A stretch of DNA of 64,000 bases, from positions 29,473-93,472 of the forward strand of contig CAJFCJ010000070.1 in NCBI GenBank assembly GCA_904063045.1. Direction: 5' to 3'. Each line of letters opens with the position of its first letter. Position 1 is the stretch's first letter. This stretch comes from Dimorphilus gyrociliatus. Taxonomy: Eukaryota; Animalia; Annelida. The notes below the pieces were generated by a model. It did not search any database, had not been told where the DNA came from, and saw only the letters and a program-made list of their open reading frames with translations. Shown piece by piece: positions 37,828 through 50,807 of the stretch. The position numbers and the translations under genes are program-made.

Positions 37828-38664
37828 NNNNNNNNNNNNNNNNNNNNNNNNNNNNNNNNNNNNNNNNNNNNNNNNNNNNNNNNNNNNNNNNNNNNNNNNN
37901 NNNNNNNNNNNNNNNNNNNNNNNNNNNNNNNNNNNNNNNNNNNNNNNNNNNNNNNNNNNNNNNNNNNNNNNNNNNNNNNNNNNNNNNNNNNNNNNNNNNN
38001 NNNNNNNNNNNNNNNNNNNNNNNNNNNNNNNNNNNNNNNNNNNNNNNNNNNNNNNNNNNNNNNNNNNNNNNNNNNNNNNNNNNNNNNNNNNNNNNNNNNN
38101 NNNNNNNNNNNNNNNNNNNNNNNNNNNNNNNNNNNNNNNNNNNNNNNNNNNNNNNNNNNNNNNNNNNNNNNNNNNNNNNNNNNNNNNNNNNNNNNNNNNN
38201 NNNNNNNNNNNNNNNNNNNNNNNNNNNNNNNNNNNNNNNNNNNNNNNNNNNNNNNNNNNNNNNNNNNNNNNNNNNNNNNNNNNNNNNNNNNNNNNNNNNN
38301 NNNNNNNNNNNNNNNNNNNNNNNNNNNNNNNNNNNNNNNNNNNNNNNNNNNNNNNNNNNNNNNNNNNNNNNNNNNNNNNNNNNNNNNNNNNNNNNNNNNN
38401 NNNNNNNNNNNNNNNNNNNNNNNNNNNNNNNNNNNNNNNNNNNNNNNNNNNNNNNNNNNNNNNNNNNNNNNNNNNNNNNNNNNNNNNNNNNNNNNNNNNN
38501 NNNNNNNNNNNNNNNNNNNNNNNNNNNNNNNNNNNNNNNNNNNNNNNNNNNNNNNNNNNNNNNNNNNNNNNNNNNNNNNNNNNNNNNNNNNNNNNNNNNN
38601 NNNNNNNNNNNNNNNNNNNNNNNNNNNNNNNNNNNNNNNNNNNNNNNNNNNNNNNNNNNNNNNN
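37828..38664. other. Assembly gap
   Basis: 837 N. Confidence 1.
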
Positions 38665-39072
38665 AGGTATGGTGATATTAATGGCGGACAAGAATATGCA
38701 AAACATCATATCGGTCCACTTAGTTGTTCCATGATATTAAAACTTAAAAGTCCGTTAATATTGAATTCTTACTGTAAGAATTACAATTCGTCATTTTTAA
38801 ACGATAACGACTCAACTACTTGTATTAAATTTAAAACTAAATTTGTCAAATTAAAACTCGACTATACTGAAAAGATAAATTTCACCATTGGAAAAGAGAG
38901 CGTTTTTGAAATTCATCCTTATGTGAACACTTCTATTGGAAAGATAAGCTTGTGTAATCAAGATACGCCGACATCTTTCACTTGCAGTAGTTATTCAAGA
39001 TATATATATGTTTCTCTATGGACAACTTTGTCAAACGATATTGAAGTTTGTGAAATTCAAAATTTGACTTGA
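38665..39072 (+). CDS. 3' part of a second copy of the CASPR-like secreted protein; 5' part probably in the gap
   Basis: Translation identical to the C-terminus of ORF 62782-63768. Confidence 0.8.
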   Translation, partial: RYGDINGGQEYAKHHIGPLSCSMILKLKSPLILNSYCKNYNSSFLNDNDSTTCIKFKTKFVKLKLDYTEKINFTIGKESVFEIHPYVNTSIGKISLCNQDTPTSFTCSSYSRYIYVSLWTTLSNDIEVCEIQNLT

Positions 39073-39802
39073 TATCGATCGTAACCGTTCTCTTCTTTAT
39101 ATAACATTGTATATAGCTTGTCAAAAATGACTCTTTGTGTCTGTGTTCAACCAGTGGTTGAACTCACAGTAAAATAAAAGTCTGGACGGATTGCTGTTGC
39201 AGCAAAACAAGATGAAACAATAAATCGAGAAAGATAATACATTATTAGCTTTTTTATATTAATTTCCCATTTATCACTCTGATAAATTATTGAATTTATC
39301 TTTCTTTGTCGTCTTCACACTTATTTAGACAATTAGATAACTCCGATGGAATAGCGATTGTTTAAATATTTAAACTGCAATAGTTGCTGTATTTTATAGT
39401 TTAGTTTTCACTTGCTCCCCCTACCTTGGGATCAAAAACAGCTTCTTATAAATTCTGTATAATCTTCCACAGCCTTTATTCTCTCTCCCTTTGAAAGTTA
39501 ATAAATAGAAATAGAGCTAGAGAGGTAGATAGAAAGAGATAGAAAGAGTTACCTGTCAAAAATCAACCACTCCCTTAACAGATAAAATAAGAAAATTACA
39601 ATTATTTAGGATTTCTAAAGGGAAATATTTATTTTTTAATCGGAGCAAACAGTTGGCTGCTTTCTTGTTTCATATTTCATTTTTCTCTTCTTCCTTTCTC
39701 CTATCTTTTTCATATTCTTTTTCTCACTCTCTCTCTTTCTTTTCTCGTATTTGCTCTTTTTCTGGCCTTTAGCAGCTCTTCCTCTTCTGCTCGTTTCTCT
39801 TC
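38665..39802. repeat. Near-identical inverted duplication of 62052-63189
   Basis: Reverse-complement match over ~1138 bp; weaker match continues to ~39860 after a 69-bp deletion. Confidence 0.92.
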
Positions 39803-40288
39803 CTTCAGTTGTTTTTAAAATTCCTTTAAAGCTTTATCCATCTTAAAATTGTTTCTTAGCCGGCGAATTATCTTTAAATTTTAATGGACCAGATAACGTT
39901 TTATCAATTGATAATTCAAGGGATTTGCAGTAAGTTTAAATATAACATCTTCCTTTCTCTCTAAAAAGATTAAAATATTTAAAATTTTTAGCATATTTAG
40001 AAAAACTCATAAACAGATCTCTTGGCTATTCATCCTCATCTAAAAACTGTAATTTGAAATCATTCCCTGGTTGTAATGTCATATACAGCTCCTTTTTGAT
40101 AATTATTTTCAAAATAATGTTTGTAGACATTAAACTAGTAATAAATTTTACCTAACAGTAAAATTGTCAATCTGAAGAAAAACCCATTTAAAAGTTTATT
40201 AAAAGTACAAAAAAAATCAGACAGGGAATGTTTCAAACATTCAAATGACGGAATACTCTTTTGTAAAACGTGTAAATTTGAAAATATA

Positions 40289-41016
40289 GAATAGGGGTGA
40301 AACCGTACCTGGGTTAAACCGTACCCATTTTTTATTTAATATACTGTATATGTTTATTAAACTTGTGATAATGAAATATATGTTATACTGATACAATGTA
40401 TAAATTTATAGGCAAATATATAAAGATACTTTTATCTAAAAAATTAAAACAATTAAAAATGAAATAAAAAGAAAAAGAGAATATGAAATGTAGGTAAAAT
40501 CTATGGAGCATATATATGAGATGTTTGTAGCAATAATTCATCTGCTAATATTTTTCCTAATTTGTATTCATCCCAAATGTCAAATATTTTTTATTCTCTC
40601 TCCACATACCTTTTTCTCTGATATCTATATATTTGTTTATCAGACATCACCTTTTCATCGATAATCATCCACTAATATGTAGAATGAGCCTTTTGAATGC
40701 ACTTGACTATTCATCCTGTTGTGCCAACCCTCCACACTATTATTTGTTCTAATTGATAGACCAAACACTGACCAATTTTCTGGTTTTGACATAGAGTTAC
40801 ATATCCATGTACTTTCAAAATACAACAGTAGGTCAGCCAATTTCTATTGCTCCAAAAGTTCAGACTTCAGTCTACCAAATGTTGAAATTATGATATCAGA
40901 TGGTAGAATACAAACACACATATATATATATAATATACTGTATATATAATATTAAGACATATATATTAAATTAACAATGGGTACTGTTTAACCCAGGTAC
41001 GGTTTCACCTGCTCCC
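40289..41016 (-). mobile_element. Internally deleted non-autonomous MULE (728 bp), 9-bp TSD GAAAATATA
   Basis: TSD 40280-40288 and 41017-41025; TIR GGTGAAACCGTACCTGGGTTAAAC(C/A)GTACCCATT at both ends; internal fragment WSVFGLSIRTNNSVEGWHNRMN. Confidence 0.92.
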
Positions 41017-41689
41017 GAAAATATATGTTGAAGAGGATCATTCACACTGTAAAATATCTAGTATGAGATATATAGAAAAGCTTAAGCAAACAATACATGA
41101 TCAAGAAATTGTTGAAAAACAAGAAATGGTTTGCAGGATATGCAAATGTAACTCGTATAAATTGCCGTTGGCATGGATTATTACTGTTAGAGAACTTCCA
41201 GATGTCTAGAGTTAAATGTGATATTATGGTTGGGGGTCATACACATACATATATATAAATATGTCTTTATGCATACTATGTATTAAATCTCGTGTAATAC
41301 ATAATCACTTTTACTAAAATTCACTGTAATCCCATGGTGCTTCTATCTAACTGCAAACTTTTTCTTCTCTAACAATAGAGAATCATTAGCCAGTGAAACA
41401 AATCATTTTCTACATAAGATAATTTCAACATGGCACCTCTCTGTTATGCCTTTAAGAGAAAATTAACAAACATAAAAAGGCGTATGCTCTCTATGTAAAC
41501 AGACTACTCATTGGATTCGTTTAAATGGTAAGTTTAATTTCATACTTTTTCAATTTCACACCTTTTTCCTTAATATTAGTATATAGATTTTGTCAAATTT
41601 GTTGAACAATCAACAACTGTTCATTACATATTGTTTTAAGAAGTGATGAAAATATTTTAACAGGAAAACTTCCTAAAAGAATTGATGAT

Positions 41690-42150
41690 GAAGAAATTTT
41701 TATAAATAATCAAGTGGAAGCTCCTGCTGATGATATTACAAGAGAGGACTATTTTCCTATTGGTTATAACACAAATGAATCTTAAGAAAGCTTATTTGAA
41801 AATATAGATGATGTTGTTCTAAAGAGTGATAGGTCATTTAAAATTTTCCAAAGTAAGAATCAAACAGCGAAGCCATTACTTGTTCATGATGGATTGTCAT
41901 ATACTATTAAAAACAAAAGAAATAAATCAAGTATTTGGAGATGTAGTTTCAATAATAACAGACAATAACAATGTTCTGGTTGTGTCACTGAAAATGATGG
42001 TAATTTCCCTTTGGATTCAACACCACACAATCATTCACCAAGATTAAATTTTAAAGAAATTATTGGTATGAAAGTTACCGTAAAACAAAGATCGCTAATG
42101 GACACTCAAACACCTGCCAAGAGAATTGTTAAAGATACATTTATCCAAAA
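41690..42150 (+). mobile_element. FLYWCH-domain relic, probably the N-terminus of another MULE transposase
   Basis: PLLVHDGLSYTIKNKRNKSSIWRCS..(stop)QCSGCVT..PHNH. Confidence 0.65.
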
Positions 42151-42182
42151 AAAAAACATTTCTAATTTCCCCAGTATGAGTA

Positions 42183-43420
42183 CTAGCTGACAATTAGACA
42201 ACTGAACAATGAGCTATTAATTTTGTAGGGTTTAAATACTCTTTTAAGGGTTGACAGTTCGAAAATTTCAATGTTCACAAGAACAAAAGTAACATTTGAA
42301 GACAAAGAAAAAGTTCTATATTTGCTATAGTTGAAGTATGAAATATATCCTCCAACTTTTACACATTCCACATTATGGGAAAGTATCTTCCATGGTGAAA
42401 CATGGCCTTCAAGATTTTATGGCTTTTTTGTGAATTAAATATCATGATTGATTCCAAAATTCCACAAAAAAGATAGAACAGTCAGGTAAATATTCCAAGT
42501 CAATGGTTTTTTTAGAACTTTGAATAGGTTAATGAAATCTTCCGCAAGAGGGCAGCTGAAGTAATAATTCCCAATGTATATTCATTTCAAATAGAAAACC
42601 CTAATCTTAAAGCGTAACCCTTTTCAACATAGCATATATACTGACTATATATATTTATTATATTTAAATATTTAGACCCATACCCGAAATCATAACCCAA
42701 ACCAAACCTAACCCTGTCTTGCCAGTGGCACTGTTTCACTGTGACACAAAAGTACAATAAACAAATACTCCACAAAAAATCATGAAAACAGCTGATAATT
42801 TAGTAGTACATCTCTTTGGTGTTGTCATTATGTCTCCTTTTTCACACTTAATTTGGTGAATGCTGACGTATTACCATTGTTTTATCATTGCCATAATCCA
42901 ATACAATTGAAAAATGGTGAAAACCTAAAAAAGAACATAACCACATAACTATTCAATAAATCAATTGTAGAGGAAATCTTGAAAAATGTATAGTAGAAAT
43001 AAGATTGTTATAGATTTGTAGTTTGGAGGATTCCATCTGATTGTTGGAGATTTTGAAATGATATTATCTGCAGTATTTTTTTTTAAGTTCATAATTTGTA
43101 TTTATAGTTCCAACTCTATAATGCTTAAAATTGTTATTACTGTCGTCGCAAATAGTTTTACAATGACAAAAATCCTTATTTTCTAGATTTTGATAATTTT
43201 CAATATCTTTTCCTTCTAAGTAAAGAGATATGCAAATTGCATATCTATCATATGATATCAGTGATATTGTTAACCGCCATTATGATATGGTAACAAATAA
43301 TCTTTATATTTTCAACTACAAAATATTGACAAAGCCTTCAAATCATTATTGAGGACGACTAAGGCAACATGTCTTTCCATCAAACCGCTGAAGGGATGGT
43401 CCTCCCTTACCTCTCTGTCT
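42183..43420 (-). mobile_element. Degenerate LINE reverse-transcriptase region
   Basis: CTATTTGCGACGAC near 43130-43145 gives LFADD after restoring one base; downstream SPWKIL..VGG; many stops. Motif-level inference. Confidence 0.4.
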
Positions 43421-43449
43421 TCACATCTCACTTACTCTCCAACAAGTCA

Positions 43450-43909
43450 GCAATATCTCGTTTTGCTTGTGTGAGAGTTTTAGTTGCAAAATCAGAATAG
43501 GAGAAAGATATGAAACAAATCACAAAAGTAGAACAAGGGCATATGAAAAAAACCATAATTATTAAAGATGCAGTGAGAGAAGAAGATGCAACATTTCTAA
43601 AATCAGTTGACAGAAATTTCATCACATTACAAGAAACTTTTATCCAGCTCTCGAGAATGTTATGCAGATCATTTGAGCAGAGAAATTAATTATGCAAAAC
43701 AAATTGGCCTTGATCCTTCTGTAACTCAGTCTAAGAAATATTTTATGGCTAGGTTGAAGAAACCATTACAAACTATTATAAATTTCCTTATTATTATAAG
43801 GAATACAACAAATTGGCGCAATTGGAAAGATATTGTATTGGATAGAAATGACAGGAATACACAAAAACATAACACAAAGAATACTGAGCAGATTCAGAAA
43901 AATAAATGA
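43450..43909 (+). mobile_element. Possible degenerate LINE ORF2 fragment (post-endonuclease region)
   Basis: QIGLDPSVTQSKKYFMARLKKPLQTIINF resembles SPGLDG..EFYK.FW..L..PL...IN of L1/Tx1 elements; weak. Confidence 0.3.
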
Positions 43910-44059
43910 AATACAATCCATTGAGGAAGGCCAGCTCCAAAAAAATTATATCATTTAATAAAGTAGACCACGTGATCAGATAAATATATATACAGAGAGA
44001 GAGAGAGTGAGAGAGTATGCAAATATGCCTCTAGATATGGATTAAATGAAGAATTTTCT

Positions 44060-44460
44060 TGTAAGTTTCTATTGAATTAACTGTTGAAGCCTTCAAAGTC
44101 ATTATTTGTTTGAATAGCTGTCTTAAAAACTGACCAATTATTTGGTGAACATAGATTATAATCTATCCACATTTCCTTGATATATTTAATGAGATCATTT
44201 AATTTATCAATCTGGGCTACATTATTTTTAATCTCTTTAAAGTAATGTTTTATGGTATTAGCATGAAGAAATGGAAGAGCTAACATAATCCTCATTCCAT
44301 ACAACTCTCTTGTTTTCTTTTTATAGTCTCTACTATAGTCAAACTGGTAATGTTTCTTCAAAATTAATGATTTCAAAATTCAATTCATAATTACTACCTG
44401 GCTTTTTCTAAAGACAGCCTGAGACCAGTGATTTAAACAATTCTCGAAACAAAAAAAATT
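44060..44460 (-). mobile_element. MULE transposase relic of another family, intron 44344-44397
   Basis: CLNHWSQAVFRKSQ|..MLALPFL..WSVFKTAIQTNNDFEGFN. Confidence 0.85.
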
Positions 44461-45697
44461 GCTTTGCCTTTTCAAAATCAATTACAAATCTTTTTGGTTG
44501 ATAATTTTTTTGTTAATTCACAGTCTGAAAAATTTTACAATTACTTTAGGAAAATATGTACACAGTTAATAGTGATGCTTCAATCAATGCATCATTTTTC
44601 AATAGAAGGATGAACACTAAAGAGTGTCTATTTCACAAAATAATGAATGAATTCAATCAATAGAATTGATTCTTCTTTATTATATTCACAGCTTAATAAT
44701 TCTCAACAGAAATCAATATCTTGAAAATCCTGTTCCTAAAATAGAGTTCTCATTGAAAAGAATGCCATTTGTAATCTAAGAAACAGATTCATGAATATTT
44801 TCTCATACTGTTTACATATATCATTATTTCTAAAGTAGCTTACAACAAGTGCAGAATTTTACAGATACTAGGTGAGTACATTTGACTCTAATTCTACTTT
44901 ATGGTAGCTGTGTACAAAACTGCGTCATTTAATCATTGCAAATATCATAAAATGGCTACACAAGATAGCTTAGACAGCAATAACTCTATGTGTGGAATCT
45001 GTTTAGGATCTTGGATGAAGATAGAGAAATATTGAAAGATTCGGAAAGAAATTTGATGAACAAGAAAGAAGATCAATAGAATTAATACAAAATCAATTCC
45101 AGAAGTTTAGGAGAAGAATTTAGAGATGCAAACAAAAAAAGACATACACTGTTAAATACAATTTTCTTTTAGAAGGATGAAAAAGAAAACAATGAAAACT
45201 TGGACAAAGAAATCAAAAAGCAAAGTGATGAATGTAAAGAAATTGAAAATAATTCAACAGTAAAATTAATTCCTTGCTCATATAAAAATATGTCAATGGA
45301 AAACATTAAATACATTTTAACATTTTAAAAACTAACAAAGAATACATAATTTTGGAATTTGGAAAGTTGTTGTTTAGCCACTGAAAACTTTCTTATCTTA
45401 ACTGAAGAACATACAAATGTACTCATATTGCAAGAATTAAATCTAAGTTCTATTCACACGGAAATTGATGAATGTTTCAAAATATTGTGCACCAACACCA
45501 ACACTCCACCTCTCCCCATATTTTTTATCACCCTCAAATCCTTTTTGCTATTAGTCTATGTCCTAAAGTTGTCAGGTCCGCTAAGTGAGAATCTAGCCTC
45601 ATCTATAAAAATAACTCTAGACCAGTCTAGACTTTAACTAATCATTTTAAGACAATATTCTTTCGTCTTTTCAGTTAAATTTTGGCGTAGATATTTT

Positions 45698-47330
45698 TTA
45701 TGGAATTTTTTGAATTTCACAAAATGATACTTTTACAATGTCAATTATTTCTGATAAGAAGTTATGGAAAAGTAAATTTGTAGAACTGAAATTTTCATAT
45801 TTTTCACATTTAAAATAGACAAAAAGATATATGACTTTGTCAATTACAGGTTTAGATGTGCATTGCTTATATTGTTTATAATTTCCCACTGTAGCTGTTG
45901 TGGACATGATACTAATTTCTACATTGCCAGACAATTGAGTACTCTTTTTAAATATCATTAAAGAATCAGTATTGTTGTTGGTGTCCTTTCCATTGGACAA
46001 TGTATATTTTAACACTGTATTCTGGTTTGTTAATTGAGTACATGTATCAATAGATTCATGTAATTGATAAAAGTTTTGCAGTCATTCTCTTCATAATTAT
46101 CGATTTTTTCTCCTTCTGTTTTTAGCAGTGTTATTTTTATTTTAAAGAATAGAAAATAGACATTGTTCAAAAAGAGCAATATTCAGTAAAAACAAATTGA
46201 TACCTTTATCAGATATTTGGACAGAATTCACTAAATTTTCAACACCATTTTTAAATAGTATCTGCTTCAAATCTAAAGGTGAATCCAATTCAATATTTCC
46301 TAGTATGTAGGACCCATATGCCTTACCAGACCCAAAATTAATATTTATACCAGTTTTTTCCAACCAAAATTCATTCCAAATTTCACATTCAATTAGTCGT
46401 TTATTATTGCGTAATTGTATATTTTTCTCCAAAGGAGTTTGAACTTGAATTGATGAAATTCTTTTTCCATTAATGAACTCGTCAAGCTTTATTGTCACTA
46501 GAATGGAGGTGTCATTTTTCATACTAATTATCACGGATGAACAATCTTGTGACTGACCCTTATCCTTGCCTTTAACCTTAAATTTCAGACAGGTAAAATC
46601 TTGTTGAAGATGACTTGGTAGAGGATATATTGCATAATTTTCTGATTGAGTGCTGTAGACTTTTTCACTCAACTCTGTATTTGGAGGCAAAAGAAAAAAG
46701 ATAAAAAATGTTCCAATAGCTATTTAAAAGTCATAAAGAAAATGGTTTTTTACTATTTGCAAATATATTAATGTATTGAAATAAACATATTCAATGACAA
46801 CTTTCACATTTGTCTCAATCATTGGAGTATTTGAATAATTGAAAAACTAAACAGCTGCATTATTTAAGAGATTTATAAGTTCAGTAAAGCCTGAACTCCA
46901 TATTAGATTGATGTTTTTAATTCTTTTAGAGTACTGATGTCTGAAAATAAATTTACAATCTGTAAAAAAAACTGTATTTTCCATTATTTAAAAGTAACCT
47001 ATTAGATAAACAACTCATTATTGGTATTGCTGGAAATATAAATGTTATTGATATATATTGGCTAACGCATGTTCTTGTTCATAATCCAGGTTTACAATCG
47101 CCTACCCAAGATATATGCGTCAATCTGCTAATTGCATTTTCGCAATTATTATTGCCATTTGCTGACGTTTGAGTGCAAGTAGCCCCTAATTCTGAACTAG
47201 CTATATTACTAAGCATTTTATCCTCTTCAAAAAAAGTACATTCAAAATTTTCTATGTAATTTGCTAAAAATAGATGTTTAGATAACAAACATATGTGGCA
47301 AATCCAACACAAAATTTTTATATATATGAT
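45698..47330 (-). CDS. Multi-exon extracellular protein: F5/8-type/galactose-binding-like plus farnesoic-acid-O-methyltransferase-like domain; possibly degraded
   Basis: NIASSELGATCTQTS..CENAISR..SWV..QYISITF; F.VKG..CEIWNEFWLEKTGININFGSG; ends VKVSFCEI. Exon chain not resolved. Confidence 0.5.
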
Positions 47331-48216
47331 ACATATTGGCTGTTGATGTTGAAATAATAAAAATAATAAATCTTTATCACAAATCTCCTTCAATCAATGA
47401 AGAAGAAAAATATGATTTCTTGAAAGATACCTTTCCTATAATCTCAAAAAAACCTGATGATTTTCAGGCATAAACAAAAAAAAAATAATATAAAATCTTA
47501 CCTAAATCGTATTTAAAAGAAAATTATATATAAATTTAAGCTTCATCTAACATTTTATGCAGAAAAAAATTAAACAAATACCTTTTTTCTTAGTGAAAAA
47601 CATTTTTAATATGTTGGCCTATTTAAAATTCGAGGTGTTCCAATTTTTAGGAAGTTTACTTTATGTCTATGCTTTAACTATTATTTAAGACAGAAAAAAA
47701 TGAAATGAAAATCTTTTTTTGTGGTAGAAAATATTTCATAGTGTTTTTTGTTTTTATGCAGTCTACTTTATATCTCACATCTTTCTCTAACTTTCCTGAA
47801 GCATGAATTTTACATTTTGATTCATATAAATTTATATCACTTAGATAGGCTTAAGTTTGTAGCATATTTCAGATTAATAATGATTATTGAAGCTTTAATC
47901 AATTATATCAATTGACCAGAGAGAAAAGCGGAGATTTTTGTTTCATATAATGTTTGGTTGTCATAAGATCAATAAATCAATTATGTAGCCTGGTTGCTAT
48001 TCAAGCTTTTCTCTTGAATATAAATGTAATACTTTTTCCCAAACTTTTAACCTTTGTTTTCACTTTCAATTTCACTTTTTCTTACTTTCTTCAAAACGAT
48101 TTAAGAGTAAAAGCTCTTAGCATAATTGGATAAAAAATATGCACCATTTAACTTATTCAAGTAATCTTATAATAATCATATTTACAAATCATATTTTTTT
48201 TCTTTACATTTTGCAG

Positions 48217-48731
48217 GTTTTGTAATAATCCTACATTTGTTGAAAGTAAAAAGCAATAAGATTTGCAATGATAGTAATATTGCAGAGATTGACTTTCGAG
48301 GTTTTTCAATATCTAAGAATATGTATTTTTCCAAATTTGTCTATCAACCTAATACTCATGAATGCAGAACATTTTTGGTTAGTTCTTATGATGCTAGGAT
48401 AAAAATTGAAGTTGATAAAACAGACATTGAATATTCATTTGAATGTCAAGATGATTATGTAGCATTATATGATGGAAATGGAAATAAACAAAAACTAGTA
48501 AAGAAATGGTGTGGGAAAACAGAAAATTTTACATTAATGGCTTGTGGACCAACTTTTATTTTTGTTTTTCATTCTGATAATGATTTTCAGACTGGGAAAG
48601 GTGTGTATATGCATATATCTGCACATGGTCAAATAGATCCAGATAATCCACCATCAACAGGTGTTACAATCGGCGTTGCTGTTTGAGTTTTAGTTATCTT
48701 AGGACTTGTATGTTTGTATTTTAAATATTAG
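48217..48731 (+). CDS. CUB-domain exon with C-terminal TM helix interrupted by in-frame TGA (48684-48686)
   Basis: Acceptor TTTTGCAG at 48216; CQDDYVALYDG..KKWCG..FVFHSDNDFQTGKG; then VTIGVAV*VLVILGLVCLYFKY*. Confidence 0.75.
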
Positions 48732-49289
48732 GAAGACAAATGTAATTGTAAACAATAAACTACTCTAAAATATGCATTCCACTAACAATACTCATTCACT
48801 TGTCATATCAATATTCCTGGGCTATGGTATTTACTCGGTAGACATAGTAGTAAAATGTTCTTCATATCATTATAGAAAGAAAATGTATGTTTTTCATTTA
48901 AAATCTCAGCAATATGAGCACTTTAATGTGTTAGGCTTATTTATGGAGAAGTGTTCTTTTTTATTTTAAAGAGATATTGTGTTTGGTCACATTCCCCATA
49001 TCTTATATCTTCTTTTGTTTTGTGGTAGGCATGATGTAGGATTGGATCAATTGAAAATAGAAGTCCTTTATATTTGATGAGTAATGGTTTAGAACACAAT
49101 CCATTTTTGGTTATGATTCCAATATCACAAATGACTTCAACTGATTCCTTGCTTATTACCAAATCTGTATGCAGGGATGGGAGGTAAAATAAGTAAGTGC
49201 ATCGAAAAAGATGGTCGTCAAATTCAAAAACAGTAAAAATATTGGTCCACAAACCAAAATTTTTCGAAATTTACAGTATCCAGATGTTT

Positions 49290-49555
49290 TAGACCATTAC
49301 TTTATAAACCCTACAAAATTAACAGTTCATAGTTCATTTCTATAAACATCAGCTGGTTGTTTAAACTAGCTTGTTTAGAACTAGAAGCTCATTTTACTCA
49401 ATACATATTCTTTGCACGAAATACTGCTGTTGATTGTTGATTAATTTCTATCGAAATTGCATTTGTTACACTATTTGTGGACGAACTGGAAAGGTTCTAT
49501 TTGTTTAAGTACTTTGGCAATACAATACAACAAAGTACAATTCATTTATTATGAA
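49290..49555 (+). mobile_element. Copy of the dispersed LINE-like repeat
   Basis: Very similar to 5725-5930. Confidence 0.45.
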
Positions 49556-49561
49556 ACATAT

Positions 49562-49857
49562 TTAATCAGTCATGTTGTCTTCAATCCATTGACAATAAAA
49601 GGAAACACGGGCATATCCAGCTGGTCTATTTGGTGGGCAGAATATGATACCAAAAGATGTGATACCAGCTATTTGCATAGAGTTGTTGAGTCCAATTGGA
49701 CAGTTCAATGGGCCACCAGAATCACCCTGCAAGAATATTAAATGTACATTTGTTGAAATTTTCAATTGGTATTTAAAACTTACATTGCATGAATTAGTGG
49801 TTTGGTCATCATTGTTAAGGCAAATGTGAAAGTCATCATCAGCTTGAGGAATTCCTC
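49562..49857 (-). pseudogene. 5'-truncated duplicate of the serine protease gene, intron retained
   Basis: GIPQADDDFHICLNNDDQTTNSCN|GTAAGT..CAG|GDSGGPLNCPIG..WIEDNMTD*; no upstream protease sequence. Confidence 0.9.
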
Positions 49858-49896
49858 AGAACTCTTGGCCAATGGTTATATGTTAAATTCGATCAA

Positions 49897-50334
49897 ATGT
49901 ATATAATTTCCAAAATGGAAATGCTAAAAAGAATCAATACAATCCGAGAATTTGAAATAGTTCATTACAACGATCAAAAATTGCTGTTGAATTCTTCAAA
50001 AATCCAACAAACTTATCACTTTCAACAGGGTTTTTCAACTAATTTTGTCAATTTGACTATCACCAAACTTGCTACAATTCATAACTATTCAATTAATATT
50101 GTAGACCTGAGATTTTTCAGTCTGATTGAATCTACTTCCGGTCTTGAATATTTAAATTTTTATTGTCAGAATTTTCAAATGTTATCTAACTTCTTTGATA
50201 GAAACAACTCAACATTTTATCAATTAACCAATTATCGTCCTCTCTTATTTCAATTTCAATTTGTTGAAACTCTTCAAATTTACGCCAGGAAAGTGAATAC
50301 TAATCAAGAATTTGACATTTGCAACAATATTTAA
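49897..50334 (+). CDS. Uncharacterised ORF, possibly a fragment of an extracellular-domain gene
   Basis: 145-aa ORF without a clear motif. Confidence 0.2.
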   Translation: MYIISKMEMLKRINTIREFEIVHYNDQKLLLNSSKIQQTYHFQQGFSTNFVNLTITKLATIHNYSINIVDLRFFSLIESTSGLEYLNFYCQNFQMLSNFFDRNNSTFYQLTNYRPLLFQFQFVETLQIYARKVNTNQEFDICNNI

Positions 50335-50807
50335 GTATGGAAAAGCGTTGAAATGAGCGAAGGTCGTGTGAAATTATGCTTATTCATGACAAATTCTTCA
50401 GCCCAAGTCAGTTTTTGCAAATATAAATGTTGTAAGAAAATCAAAGGATCAATCTCAAGATTCATAATTACTCTGGATAACCTGCAAACTCCTCTTCAAC
50501 TCCTAGATATCTCTATAGACTAAAATATTTGTTCGAAAAATAAAATTAGAGGAATCGCTTGTTAGTTATTGTATTCAATTTCAAATAGTACTAGAACAAA
50601 CATTTACTACCTTTATCATGATTTTGCTAGATAATCTCAACATTTGTGTTGTTGAAAACTGGTACCCTGTTAATGTATATCAATTAACGGAAGATTAATA
50701 GTATCAGATTAAAATAACAGGAAACATTATATGCTAAATTGAAATATTCAGGTACAATATGAAAATATATATGTAGGTGTAGTCGAAATTTGTTCACAAG
50801 AGATACA

